Origin: a virus
Direction: 5' to 3' (one strand)
DNA length: 64,000 nucleotides
Virus record (IMG/VR): IMGVR_UViG_3300005825_000057
Location: 1 to 64,000 of that record
Positions 1-10,182 of the stretch are shown here, in pieces. Each line of letters starts with the position of its first letter. Position 1 is the stretch's first letter. A program made the position numbers and the translations under genes. Under the pieces are notes generated by a model, which made no database searches, was not told the origin of the DNA, and worked only from the letters and a program-made list of their open reading frames with translations.

Positions 1-16
1 AACTCCATTTAAAGTC

Positions 17-328
17 ATGGCCTTTATACCAGTTGCCAACGTAGTTCAAAAAGCCTATCCAATTCAAGAAGAGCCTGCTATAGCCACTCCAAATATCGGT
101 GGCGGACAAAGATCAGGCAATACTTTACATTCGCCCACAATCACAAAAAGTGATGTAGAAATTGCGGCTGAAGAAGCTGAGGCAAATGGCACTGGTACAA
201 TTACAATTAAAAGTACCAATCCAAAGAATATTGAAAAGAAAATAAAAGAAATCAGAATGTTCGCTAGTCGCCGTGGCCTAAGAGTTACAGACAATAGAAA
301 TGGCACTGTAACTCTATCCCGTCAATGA
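17..328 (+). CDS. hypothetical protein
   Basis: 103-aa ORF with no recognised motif. Confidence 0.5.
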   Translation: MAFIPVANVVQKAYPIQEEPAIATPNIGGGQRSGNTLHSPTITKSDVEIAAEEAEANGTGTITIKSTNPKNIEKKIKEIRMFASRRGLRVTDNRNGTVTLSRQ

Positions 329-347
329 AAGACGGATTTCTTAGGTG

Positions 348-728
348 TTAGTCTTCTTCATCAACTTCTTTGGGCGGAATCACCATTTCATCCCCCATCC
401 ACAATTCAGAATTAGGGAATTGTTGTTGGAGTTCTTTAAACTCCCCAGCAATAGTAAGTGCCGGTGCCCCTTTTGGACGATGTTTATCAAGTCTTTTTAA
501 AACTGACATCAAGTCAATTTTACAATCATCCTCTAAGTTCTCGGCCCAATTAGAAGCCCAAATTGTCAATATTCTCAATTCATGCCAATTGATTGGCAAC
601 ATAACATCTTGAGAAATTGCCATAGGAATTCCCGGCGTCCCGCAATGAGGACATTTATCGGGATTCAATTCATTTAATTCTTCATCAGAATATTCTGATG
701 CACAACGCAAACAACGTACAGTTTTCAT
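348..728 (-). CDS. hypothetical zinc-ribbon protein
   Basis: CxxC (CLRC) and CPHC pairs; start overlaps the stop of the upstream gene. Confidence 0.6.
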   Translation of the reverse strand: MKTVRCLRCASEYSDEELNELNPDKCPHCGTPGIPMAISQDVMLPINWHELRILTIWASNWAENLEDDCKIDLMSVLKRLDKHRPKGAPALTIAGEFKELQQQFPNSELWMGDEMVIPPKEVDEED

Positions 729-2128
729 GCTGCGAATACCTCTTCGGGCGGAAGTGGGTCCATATTCTTTGGAAATTCCAAAACAATGGAACGTCCACCA
801 CGAGCCTCGCTCATAAAGCGACTAAACAACAATCCCTCAAAGATGGGATCAACATCAGTAATGCCTAAACAATAGCACGTCAAAGCCCCTACAGCACTTC
901 CACGACCGGGACCAACAGCTTGGGTGCCGTCGCCACCCAAAATCTCTTTGCACCAGCGACGAGCCTCATCTGTCATCATTTTTTGAATAAGGAAATAAGT
1001 GCTAAAACCCTTACGAGTAATTAAGCCCAACTCTTCTTTCAAACGATTTACATACTCACGATTTTGAGGAAGATTTCTAGCTTTAAACCCACGCATCACC
1101 TGTTCTTTTAATTTCTCATCAGCATCTGGAAATACTGGCAATTTCAAAGAACGATCAAGCTGTACGCCTTTTGCTCGCTCACAAATCCTAACGGTATTAC
1201 GTTTGGCTTCACAAAACAAATCATAAGGAATAATGTCCTTATAATCTTTGGCCCACTTTTCATTTAATTCTTCTTCTGACTTCATCCACAAGTTTGCATC
1301 TTGTAATTCAAAGAAATCACTGATGCCTTCTTCTTTCATTTTTCTTTCAATATCTTTAACTGTATTTTTGGTTTGCACCATCAACATAAGTCTTTGATAT
1401 TGGCTGTCTTCTTGTTTGCAATAATGACAATCATTTGTAAGAATCAATGGAAGTTTGTATTTGTCGTGAGCTTTGACAATAAAAGCGTCGTATGGTTTTT
1501 GTTTGTTGAAATCCAAGACCATCAATTCCAAGAAGTAATGGTCTTTACCAAACATTTCAACATAGCGTTCAATCATGGCGAAGCCCGCTTCTTCGCCGCC
1601 TTTATCAAATGCTTTTCCGACTTCACTATTGTAGCAACAAGAAGTAAAGAATAAGCCTTCTTTGTATTTGAGAAGTTGTTCGTAGTTGACTCTCGGTTTG
1701 CGATAAAACCCTTTTGTCCAACCCCATGAAGTGAGACGAACCAAATTCTTATATCCGGTTTCGTTATAAGCAATTGCCAGCAAATGTGCGCCTGATTGCT
1801 TGGCTTCAATTTGATCTATCTCGCCAAGTTCAGAGATATATTTTTGCATATCTTTGAGAGACGAGATTTCAGGCTGCAATCGGTTCACATAAAGTTCGCA
1901 AGCAAATATAGGAGAGAGAGCGTCTTTGCCATGTTTGTCACAGATTTTTTCACAGGCTTTAATCTGTCGAGGAACTGCCCCCAACATACCGTGGTCACTA
2001 ATGGTAAGAAATTTCTGATTGATCTGTGTGGCTCGTACAGCATATTCTTCGACCATGCCGTACCCGTCAAGTACGCTAAAATCTGTATGAAGGTGAAGAT
2101 GTTCAAATCCAGTAATTTCAAGCGGCAT
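725..2128 (-). CDS. dnaE: DNA polymerase III alpha N-terminal part (PHP domain plus start of palm), C-terminally truncated
   Basis: HLHLHTDFSVLDG, ISDHG, TNDCHY, GPGRGSAVGAL...LGITDVDP...LLFSRF motifs; ends before the PDID catalytic motif. Confidence 0.9.
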   Translation of the reverse strand: MPLEITGFEHLHLHTDFSVLDGYGMVEEYAVRATQINQKFLTISDHGMLGAVPRQIKACEKICDKHGKDALSPIFACELYVNRLQPEISSLKDMQKYISELGEIDQIEAKQSGAHLLAIAYNETGYKNLVRLTSWGWTKGFYRKPRVNYEQLLKYKEGLFFTSCCYNSEVGKAFDKGGEEAGFAMIERYVEMFGKDHYFLELMVLDFNKQKPYDAFIVKAHDKYKLPLILTNDCHYCKQEDSQYQRLMLMVQTKNTVKDIERKMKEEGISDFFELQDANLWMKSEEELNEKWAKDYKDIIPYDLFCEAKRNTVRICERAKGVQLDRSLKLPVFPDADEKLKEQVMRGFKARNLPQNREYVNRLKEELGLITRKGFSTYFLIQKMMTDEARRWCKEILGGDGTQAVGPGRGSAVGALTCYCLGITDVDPIFEGLLFSRFMSEARGGRSIVLEFPKNMDPLPPEEVFAA

Positions 2129-2186
2129 GTATGGCTCCTTTTTGACCCATCATATAAAATTTACAATCTTGGTCAAGGCGCAATTC

Positions 2187-2468
2187 TTAACCGTCTACGC
2201 CATCATACATTGAACGATCTCCATTATGCCATCGCATGGATGAAATCACGCTACTCAAGATGTTTTGAACTTTTTTTAATTCAGAATAATTACGAATAAG
2301 GTCTTCATGGATTTCATCGCAAGGATTGTTCCTAGACTTATCAATTTGACTTCTAATCAAATTCAATGCGGATTCAATCTTTGCAACTTCGCCAATCACA
2401 ATAAATTGAAGTTCATTTTTATAATCATCAGGCATGTAGCAGGCAACCAATTCGTTATTCTCCTGCAT
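2187..2468 (-). CDS. hypothetical protein
   Basis: ORF in a tightly packed minus-strand run. Confidence 0.5.
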   Translation of the reverse strand: MQENNELVACYMPDDYKNELQFIVIGEVAKIESALNLIRSQIDKSRNNPCDEIHEDLIRNYSELKKVQNILSSVISSMRWHNGDRSMYDGVDG

Positions 2469-2691
2469 CAGTCTTCTCCACTACCACCTTCGTGGCCTCT
2501 TCCTCATGGGATGCCTTCCATTGCTCAAATTCATCGCTCAAAACACTTGCTTCTTTATCTAAAGACTTAATCTGAGATGAAATCCTATCGTAGTATTCTT
2601 TCAATTCAGACTTCAAAGCCTTCTTTTTTGCGTGGATTTCTGCAACCTTTTGTGAAAACGCAACAAATTCATCACTTAGTAGCCAATTCAT
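2455..2691 (-). CDS. hypothetical coiled-coil protein
   Basis: 78-aa charged, helical-looking ORF overlapping both neighbours. Confidence 0.6.
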   Translation of the reverse strand: MNWLLSDEFVAFSQKVAEIHAKKKALKSELKEYYDRISSQIKSLDKEASVLSDEFEQWKASHEEEATKVVVEKTDAGE

Positions 2692-3304
2692 TTTTTTGTT
2701 CCCTTATAAACTTATGATATTTAATCTCTTTATTCTCCTTCAACAAAGCAGGAGGAATAAAGCCTAACAACTTAGGACGGCCAGATTTTCTATCATAATG
2801 CAACCAAACTTCGCAATTTGAGTGCTTTTCTGAAGACAGAACCTTGACTGGCACTCCCTTATTATAGGGCGATTTCTTGATATTTATATCGCCAATAGTA
2901 TCTAATATTTCTTGAATCAAATCTAAAGAAATTTTGTGGATAACCTTGCCACTAGCAACCCTAATCAACTCTTCATCTTTAGACAGCGTAATGTATTGGA
3001 AATATTCATACAGCACATCACGTCCAACCTTGGTGTCTTCATGTTCAAAGCCATAAAAAGGATCACGCAGAGCTACCAATATATCATTCTTGCTTACTCT
3101 GACTTTGATTGCACTTCTTAATCGCTTATCTGCTTTTCCTTTTTGCCAACAATCCGTCTTTTCGTTGGTATCTTCATATTGAGAACTAGGAAGTAAATCA
3201 TATCCTAGATGCCCATAATGCGTATTCAGACATTCTCGTATTTGATCTTCTTTTTCAAGCCCATAAGCAACTCTAGCTGAGGCGTGCATTGCATCTAGTA
3301 ACAT
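2672..3304 (-). CDS. hypothetical protein, possible PD-(D/E)XK nuclease fold
   Basis: G..E helix, ED...KTDCW...AIKVR spacing loosely like restriction-type nucleases. Confidence 0.4.
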   Translation of the reverse strand: MLLDAMHASARVAYGLEKEDQIRECLNTHYGHLGYDLLPSSQYEDTNEKTDCWQKGKADKRLRSAIKVRVSKNDILVALRDPFYGFEHEDTKVGRDVLYEYFQYITLSKDEELIRVASGKVIHKISLDLIQEILDTIGDINIKKSPYNKGVPVKVLSSEKHSNCEVWLHYDRKSGRPKLLGFIPPALLKENKEIKYHKFIREQKNELATK

Positions 3305-3306
3305 AT

Positions 3307-3996
3307 TTATTTCCTTATCTTATCGGCAGTTTCAAATCCTCGACTGCCAATGATTCCATCAGCTAGTCCAAAAAATACAGCCTCTTCAGCACTCAAATTC
3401 CAGTCGCCCAATTTACTCATTCTTTTGTCGATATACGACATAATTTGGACTTCATTCATTTTCTTTGCTTTGAAATACTTTCCGTTAACACAACGGGAGG
3501 CCAAAATCTGTAACATCCTTTTGTTTATTTTCAAATTCCATTTGGCATTTGATTGAACCGTAGATGTATTCCCTTCTAAAGTCACAAACCCCCTGTGAAC
3601 CATTACTTCACAATTGGGAGTCATAACTCTAGTCTTTGCGGCTTGTAAAACAATAACACCCATCGAAGCAACTTCGCCGTAGGCTAGGATGTTGATGGGT
3701 GATTTTGAAAGTTTAATGGCATCATAAATTGCCATCCCACATATCCAATCGCCTCCCGGCGTTTGAAAATGAATCAGGATGCCCTTCTGTTCGACTTTGT
3801 TGAGTATATGAAGATTCTTGATGAATTGAGTCGCCATGCGATATTCAATTCCAGCTTCCTCTTCATCGCTCCCAACTCCAAAATGACTGTGTAAATAAAT
3901 TTCTCTATCGACAATATTCAAATCATAATTATGGACTTGATTCATATAGTCGATCAAGTCCACTTCTGGTTCAGGCTGCTTTTTCTTCGTCGGCAT
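3307..3996 (-). CDS. clpP: ClpP-family protease subunit
   Basis: DREIYL, TPGG...GMAIYDAI, catalytic Ser in VASMG, VMVH, LSAEEAVFFGLAD. Confidence 0.9.
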   Translation of the reverse strand: MPTKKKQPEPEVDLIDYMNQVHNYDLNIVDREIYLHSHFGVGSDEEEAGIEYRMATQFIKNLHILNKVEQKGILIHFQTPGGDWICGMAIYDAIKLSKSPINILAYGEVASMGVIVLQAAKTRVMTPNCEVMVHRGFVTLEGNTSTVQSNAKWNLKINKRMLQILASRCVNGKYFKAKKMNEVQIMSYIDKRMSKLGDWNLSAEEAVFFGLADGIIGSRGFETADKIRK

Positions 3997-4327
3997 TAAA
4001 TATATTCACTCTGGTGATTAGGTCATCAAATGCATGTTGTTGACTTTTTTGTTGCACAAAATCAAGTAAAGCCAAGCATTCTCTTAATTCCGATAAAGCG
4101 AAAACATCAACATTATATGAAATAATTACTGAATCGTTTTCGCAAATTTTGGCTAATGCCCGAAGCCTATCTGCAAGATTGTCAAACGAAGGAAAGTCAA
4201 CTTTGTAATTAAGATTCAAAGTATCTCCATCAGAAATAGTAGGAGATTTGCCATTCAAGATGACATCAAGTTCTTCTTGAAGCAATTTAGTTTCTTCGCC
4301 GGGTATTTGTAAATTTATCAACGACAT
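3971..4327 (-). CDS. hypothetical protein between spoVR and clpP
   Basis: ORF abutting both neighbours. Confidence 0.55.
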   Translation of the reverse strand: MSLINLQIPGEETKLLQEELDVILNGKSPTISDGDTLNLNYKVDFPSFDNLADRLRALAKICENDSVIISYNVDVFALSELRECLALLDFVQQKSQQHAFDDLITRVNIFNADEEKAA

Positions 4328-4330
4328 AAA

Positions 4331-5929
4331 TTACCACATATTTTCCATGTGTTGTTTTCTTGTAACACGTCTCACCTTAGATGAATCGTTGCTGAAACAT
4401 TCATAAATGATTTCAGTGCCATCTTCATCTTGAGTGGCCAAAAATACGTCGTTGCCCCAAATAAATCTAAGACCAGTAAGTACATCCTTTACATACGGAT
4501 CATAAAGCTCACGGCCATCTACGCTATGCTGCAAGAGGAAATAACCTTTGCCACGATAATTGGGTTCAACCAACTTAATGTCGGGCAAACCACCATTTAC
4601 ATGGCGTCTCATCAACAAGCCTTTAATTGTCTTGTAATCATGAGATTCAATTCTGGTTTCGCCATTTCCAAATTTCTTCCATTCAAAATATTCCTGTTCT
4701 CGACAGAAATCTTCTGTGAAATATTCATGGATTAACGTCAGGTCGTCATAATATTTTCTTACTTCAAATATCTTTTCTTTTCCTAAACCAGCTTTGGTAT
4801 CCCAATTTTCACGCTTCCGATAATCTCGACATTCTTCCCATTCTGTGCCAAATCGACCTTTATCCCAACGATCACGAATATCCATTAACAGATAAAAGCC
4901 CAGCTTATATGGGTTTGTCGAATACTTCCCGCCCAACACGCCCATTTTATGAGCAGCATATTCAATAATACCACAATCATGGGTTTTCTGGCCAAGTCCA
5001 ACATAACCCTGTTCTGCCATAATTACATGGTCGGTCAACGAGGCCCATCCTTCGTTCAACACCTTAGTTTGGCGTTGTGGGAAGAAATATAAAGACTCAT
5101 CATAAATCATGGAAAGAATATCTTGTTGCCACGGTTTCAGCGGAGCATTATCACGCAAAAACCCAAGAATATCTTTAGTCGGCTCAGCAAACAAATTCAA
5201 TTCATCAGCAAGTTCACGATTTTTAGCTCGTTCGTTTTCAGTCTTCTTGAAATCTCCGGTATTGATATAAGGTTCCATATAAAGACGTTCATTGGAAACC
5301 TTCAACCGACGAGGATGACGATACGTTCTAGCATCTGAAATAATTGGATTTTTAATTACTTTGTGATGCCATGCTTTTGCACCATCAATCAAAGTATCAA
5401 TTCTAAGCAAATAATCCATGAATTCTGTGACACGTTCTTTACCCCAACGATTCATATATTTACGAATACGGGAACCGTGGTTCGCCATATTGTTCAACAT
5501 ATTCGTGTCTGTTGCAGAAAAATGAATATTATTCTTGAAGAAGTCATTGTGGCCGGTTGCATGAGCAATAACGGTCAAATGGTCAAGAAGTGTATTGGAA
5601 CTTAGAAGCCACTGATAACATGGATTGGTATTGATAACCATCTCATATATTTTGTGCATTCCATATTCATAACCACGTTGGAGTTCTTCGTATTCCATAC
5701 CGAAGGACCAATGTGGGTATCTAACAGGAAAGCCACCATAAGCGGCTATTTCTGAAATTTCGTCATATGTTAGTAATTGAACAACTGTAGGATAAAAGTC
5801 GAGTCCCCATTCTTTGCAAGCATGGAGAATGGTTTGTGCCAAATCCCTAAGCTCTTTAGGCAACTGTACTCCGGGGATAGTGTTATCCCCTAGTAAAATT
5901 GAAGACCCATGAAAAAATTTACTCGCCAT
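4331..5929 (-). CDS. spoVR: SpoVR/YcgB family protein
   Basis: AYGGFPVRYPHWSFG, IYEMVINTNP, AHATGHNDFFKNN, QTKVLNEGWAS, NPYKLG. Confidence 0.95.
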   Translation of the reverse strand: MASKFFHGSSILLGDNTIPGVQLPKELRDLAQTILHACKEWGLDFYPTVVQLLTYDEISEIAAYGGFPVRYPHWSFGMEYEELQRGYEYGMHKIYEMVINTNPCYQWLLSSNTLLDHLTVIAHATGHNDFFKNNIHFSATDTNMLNNMANHGSRIRKYMNRWGKERVTEFMDYLLRIDTLIDGAKAWHHKVIKNPIISDARTYRHPRRLKVSNERLYMEPYINTGDFKKTENERAKNRELADELNLFAEPTKDILGFLRDNAPLKPWQQDILSMIYDESLYFFPQRQTKVLNEGWASLTDHVIMAEQGYVGLGQKTHDCGIIEYAAHKMGVLGGKYSTNPYKLGFYLLMDIRDRWDKGRFGTEWEECRDYRKRENWDTKAGLGKEKIFEVRKYYDDLTLIHEYFTEDFCREQEYFEWKKFGNGETRIESHDYKTIKGLLMRRHVNGGLPDIKLVEPNYRGKGYFLLQHSVDGRELYDPYVKDVLTGLRFIWGNDVFLATQDEDGTEIIYECFSNDSSKVRRVTRKQHMENMW

Positions 5930-5931
5930 CT

Positions 5932-7122
5932 TTAAGCTCCACTAGGATCGGCTTTTTTATCGGCACCCATAAGTTTAGCAATTGCATCCAAAATTTGTCT
6001 GTCTCGGTCTTCTTCTGATAAAGCTCCTGAATCAGAAGAAATTTGTGTAGTGCGAATATTCTCGCCATTTATTTCGCCATTCTCAATGGCGGAATCAACA
6101 ACGTGTTTAACGCTTCCATTATACTGGTACGGCATAATCTGGGTAATGCCAACTAAATTTACAGTGTGTGGTTTAAACTCTTCTTTGAGAGTTTCCAAAA
6201 ACAAAGGATTATCGTCGTCCCAATTATCTCCATCAGTAAAATAAAAGACATAGATATTCCACTTTTGTGGAGTATAACGATTTTCAAATTGTTTTGCAAT
6301 AAACTTTAACGCTGAAGAACAGGTCGTTCCACCACCAAATCGGTATTTATAAAACTTTTCTTCATCGACTTCCATAGCCATTGAATCGTGCCATACAAAA
6401 AGTCGATCTACACGCTTATAAAATCTGCGAATCCAAACATCAATCCACCAAGCCATATCTGACACGACATCGCATTTAAACGCATCCATAGAGCCAGAAC
6501 CGTCTCTAGCGTAAATAATCAGGGCATTTGTCGATGGAAATTTAATCTCGTTATATTGACGATAACGCTTGTCTTTTTGAATTGGCTTAATTGTCCGCAT
6601 CGGAGTTGGGCAACCCGGTACAATTTCCAATTGGTCAATTGTCCCCTCGGCAGCTTGACGCTTGAGAGCCTGCAAGAACGTGCGTCGATTATGACGCAAA
6701 GACTCTGGCCCCACCAAAGAAATATTGTTGTATTTGATTTTTACTTCATCAAATGTATCGCTGGGTTTTGGCTTGAGATTTGGAAGTTCTAATTCATCAG
6801 CCAAAAACTTTAATACTACTTCCAAATCCAAATTGATGGTAATACCTTCGGATTCACCCTGACCAGCACGATCTCCCTTGCCCTTGTCGTCACGACCAAT
6901 TACATCGCCGTCTTTGCCGGGGCCACGACCAATACCTTTGTCATTATTCCCGAATGTAATGTGTGGAATATCAATTTTAGGGATTGATATTTGAATTTTG
7001 CCACGTTTGCCACGATTTCTAACAATCTTGCCGCTCTTGATAAACTTTTTCAAAGCCTTACGAAGACGACCAGACACAACATCAATGAAATCTTTGTGAT
7101 CTTCTTCTATGCGTCTTGGCAT
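5932..7122 (-). CDS. yeaH: YeaH/YhbH (DUF444) vWA-like protein
   Basis: ELELPNLKPK, DGSGSM MIDAS motif, GGGTTCSSA, WNIY...TDGDNW. Confidence 0.93.
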   Translation of the reverse strand: MPRRIEEDHKDFIDVVSGRLRKALKKFIKSGKIVRNRGKRGKIQISIPKIDIPHITFGNNDKGIGRGPGKDGDVIGRDDKGKGDRAGQGESEGITINLDLEVVLKFLADELELPNLKPKPSDTFDEVKIKYNNISLVGPESLRHNRRTFLQALKRQAAEGTIDQLEIVPGCPTPMRTIKPIQKDKRYRQYNEIKFPSTNALIIYARDGSGSMDAFKCDVVSDMAWWIDVWIRRFYKRVDRLFVWHDSMAMEVDEEKFYKYRFGGGTTCSSALKFIAKQFENRYTPQKWNIYVFYFTDGDNWDDDNPLFLETLKEEFKPHTVNLVGITQIMPYQYNGSVKHVVDSAIENGEINGENIRTTQISSDSGALSEEDRDRQILDAIAKLMGADKKADPSGA

Positions 7123-7358
7123 AAAGCACCTTCCTTTATGTTTTTAAGTTCTGTCTTTAACTTCATGTAATGTAAAAGACAACTTCCAATTGCTTCTTCT
7201 AAATTAAAATATCGTGCTGGGCCAACACTAACCACTGAAGATTCAATACCGGCTGGAAGTTCGACTTTGAAGTTTTCTCCGTCATATTTAATGTTAACAT
7301 AAATCGGCTCTTGGAGAAGAGAAAAACTTTCTTGAATTAAATGTTGAACTTGTGACAT
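7107..7358 (-). CDS. hypothetical protein
   Basis: small ORF between prkA and yeaH. Confidence 0.5.
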   Translation of the reverse strand: MSQVQHLIQESFSLLQEPIYVNIKYDGENFKVELPAGIESSVVSVGPARYFNLEEAIGSCLLHYMKLKTELKNIKEGALCQDA

Positions 7359-7579
7359 TATGGATCAATAACCTCAAATACAAAACTCAAATCTCCATCG
7401 TCACTTTCAAAAGTTTTAAGTTTCATATCAAAAAGAAGTTGAGTTTGTTCGTCGGTCAATAAAGCAAATAAATCGCCAAGAGTACCATCATCACTCCATA
7501 CGTCCATTGCCAAAGAATCTATTTCTTTGTGTAAGTCTTTTTTCATTTTAAGATTTAACCAAAAATTACCCGCTAACAT
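7358..7579 (-). CDS. hypothetical protein
   Basis: small ORF with a GGGG SD-like sequence, coupled to the next ORF. Confidence 0.5.
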   Translation of the reverse strand: MLAGNFWLNLKMKKDLHKEIDSLAMDVWSDDGTLGDLFALLTDEQTQLLFDMKLKTFESDDGDLSFVFEVIDP

Positions 7580-7595
7580 TATGCACCCCTAAAAA

Positions 7596-7636
7596 ACTGC
7601 CCTACCAGTCAAGCAATCCCCAACTGATAGGGCAGT
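7596..7636 (-). terminator. putative intrinsic terminator after prkA
   Basis: ACTGCCCTA...TAGGGCAGT inverted repeat followed by a T-run on the minus strand. Confidence 0.65.
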
Positions 7637-7654
7637 GGCGGCTTACATTTTTAA

Positions 7655-9730
7655 TTATTCATCTTCGGCTAAATCGCCACGAGCAAAGATGCCGCCAACA
7701 AAGTCAAGTACGTCTGTAGCGGAACGCTCATTATAACCGTACTGCTTAATCAATCTGGTCTTGATAGCATCAATCTTTTCTTGAATGTCTTTATCAACAA
7801 CAGTTGCACCACTCACATGGAGAGCAGACAACTTAATTGTGTCTTTAACATCCTCGAATAGTTTTGCTTCCAAAGCCTTCTTCAACTTGGCGTTGCTGTC
7901 CCACTTAAACTCTTTGCCCTTGTGGGAAAGATCGCCAATAAAGGCCGCAATTGAACGTCGGAAGTCGTCGGCCCCTTGATCTGGGATGTCGATTTTCGAT
8001 TCAATCTGACGCATCAATCTTTCGTCAGGCTTACGATCTTGACCTGTAATTTGGTCTTTGATCTTCGACTTATTGATATAAGCCATGATGTTGTCGATGT
8101 AATTTCCACACAATCTGATGATTGCGTCTTCATCTCCAACCAAAGCCTTCTGAACTTCAGATTTGAGAATATCTGTCAATTTCTTGACAGCTAAATCAAC
8201 ACACCCGATGTATCGGCCAACTTCGTCCTTGTTATTCAACAAGGAAGAACCTTCCAAGCCTTCACGGATTTCATTCAAGACCATGAACATATTGACATAT
8301 TCATGATTGTTGGCAAGACAGTTAGAAATCTTATCCTGTACATATCGCACAGAAATACCAGTTGTCATGCCTTCGTTGTCATATCGGTCACGAAGCTCTT
8401 TGACTTGTTCCTCAGTCCAACCGGGCAATAGTCTACCATCGTATAGTTCGGCCTTGGCAACCAAGTCAATCTTGCCATCTTTGTCGTCATTAAGACGAGT
8501 CAAAATGGCCCACAAAGCTGCGATTTCCAAAGTATGCGGAGCAACGTGTTGACGAACTCTTTCAGGACCATAATCCTTTTCGAGAATCTTCAATTCCTCA
8601 GACCACTTGAGGGTATAAGGCACGTCAACCTTTACAGTACGGTCACGCAACGCTTCCATATACTGGTTGGAACGCAACTTTTCATATTCTGGATTGTTGG
8701 TGTGAGCGAAGATAGCCTCATCAATTGAAACTTGGCTAAACTTCTTGGGTTTGATGTTTTGTTCTTGAGATGCACCCAACAGGTCATACAAGAATGCCTG
8801 ATCGAGTTTAAGAGCCTCGATGAACTCAATCATTCCACGATTACCAACACAGAATTCGCCGTCGAAATTAAAGCTGCGTGGGTCAGAGTCGGAACCGAAG
8901 TGACTAATACTTCTGAAGTTAATATCACCAGTCAATTCAGTCGAATCTTGGTTCTTTTCATCTTTTGGCTGGAAGGTTGCAATACCGCAACGATCTGCTT
9001 CAGAATAAACTTTGCGAACGACACGGATGTGATTTTCCAAAACTTTTTCAAGATCACCATCGTTTCTCTTGAGAAGTTCATTCATGAAAAACTTGCAGCG
9101 TGGATCAAGTTCCCCATCACATTTAAGATTATACAAATCAATCCGTCGATCTTCGTCAGTCAACTCTCGATGAATATTATTCAATTCAACTAAAAGTGGC
9201 TCACGAATTTCAGGTGGAAGCAACTTCAAGGGTTGCTCATGCATCGGGCAATCGTCTTCAGGATGTGTATAAATACCGTCTACACCCGTTGGAAGATTAA
9301 CCCAGCGGAAAGAATACCAAGCCCCTTCTTCTGTCTTAGAGTAATTCTCTAATTCTCTCTTAAATAATCGGCAGAGAGTTGATTTGGAGCTACCTACAGG
9401 ACCATGCAATAGTAAAATACGCTTCTCAGTACCATAACCCCCCGCAGCACCCCTGATGAATTTCATCAGAGCGTCCTTCGTAGGCGTCAACCCAATAATG
9501 GGATTATGGGGATTATCAAAAAACTTGTAATAGGTATAAGTCTTGCGATACTCTTCCACTTGATAGGTGCCCTTTTCAAGCACCATATCCCAAATCATTT
9601 GCCAAGCATTGCGAATTAGCTTGGGGTTTTTGCAGCACTCATCAACATATTGACCAAAACTCATTTCCGTGTGCAAAACACGGAATTTACTCCGGTCAAA
9701 ATTTCCGAGCAATTTATTCAATGCAGTCAT
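7655..9730 (-). CDS. prkA: PrkA/YeaG family AAA+ ATPase/Ser protein kinase
   Basis: KRILLLHGPVGSSKST Walker A, CPMHEQPL, PKDEKNQDSTELTG, NRGMIEFIE, EALRDR, HVAPHTLE; start set at the ATG with a GGAG SD. Confidence 0.95.
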   Translation of the reverse strand: MTALNKLLGNFDRSKFRVLHTEMSFGQYVDECCKNPKLIRNAWQMIWDMVLEKGTYQVEEYRKTYTYYKFFDNPHNPIIGLTPTKDALMKFIRGAAGGYGTEKRILLLHGPVGSSKSTLCRLFKRELENYSKTEEGAWYSFRWVNLPTGVDGIYTHPEDDCPMHEQPLKLLPPEIREPLLVELNNIHRELTDEDRRIDLYNLKCDGELDPRCKFFMNELLKRNDGDLEKVLENHIRVVRKVYSEADRCGIATFQPKDEKNQDSTELTGDINFRSISHFGSDSDPRSFNFDGEFCVGNRGMIEFIEALKLDQAFLYDLLGASQEQNIKPKKFSQVSIDEAIFAHTNNPEYEKLRSNQYMEALRDRTVKVDVPYTLKWSEELKILEKDYGPERVRQHVAPHTLEIAALWAILTRLNDDKDGKIDLVAKAELYDGRLLPGWTEEQVKELRDRYDNEGMTTGISVRYVQDKISNCLANNHEYVNMFMVLNEIREGLEGSSLLNNKDEVGRYIGCVDLAVKKLTDILKSEVQKALVGDEDAIIRLCGNYIDNIMAYINKSKIKDQITGQDRKPDERLMRQIESKIDIPDQGADDFRRSIAAFIGDLSHKGKEFKWDSNAKLKKALEAKLFEDVKDTIKLSALHVSGATVVDKDIQEKIDAIKTRLIKQYGYNERSATDVLDFVGGIFARGDLAEDE

Positions 9731-9837
9731 TGTATTTCTCCGATTCCGTTTTCGTTCGCAAAGAAGGGATTCCGAATATCCCACGCTAGAATAAATATAG
9801 CGTTAAAAAAAAGATATTCAAGTCTTGGAATAAGAAA

Positions 9838-10182
9838 TTATTTAACTTCGCCCCAATTTTTATCTTTATTCAAATCGTTAATCTTTCTGTATGGAGTAGG
9901 ACCAACGTGCGACTGTTTTTCAGCCGCCGCACGTTGGTCACGAATTCCACCAGCTTTTTCATTTTCGTGTTTGAAACGATAATCATGGCTGTTATTCCAC
10001 CGATCACTGCCAACCGGATTGTCGCCAAAATTAAAATTGCAAAAACCTAATTGTTCGGTTTTTTTCTTTGACTTGCATTTAGGACATTTGCCCTTTTTTA
10101 CATTCTCTTCTTTTTCAGCCATCAAAGACCATATGTCATATACATGCTGGCACTTCTGACATTCAAATTCATATCTTGGCAT
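9838..10182 (-). CDS. FmdB-family zinc-ribbon protein
   Basis: MPRYEFECQKC...CPKC. Confidence 0.8.
   Translation of the reverse strand: MPRYEFECQKCQHVYDIWSLMAEKEENVKKGKCPKCKSKKKTEQLGFCNFNFGDNPVGSDRWNNSHDYRFKHENEKAGGIRDQRAAAEKQSHVGPTPYRKINDLNKDKNWGEVK

Noticed and set aside
725-810. Split intein or frameshift continuing dnaE
   Set aside because: No intein N-terminal motif, and the downstream ORF is unrelated to DnaE.
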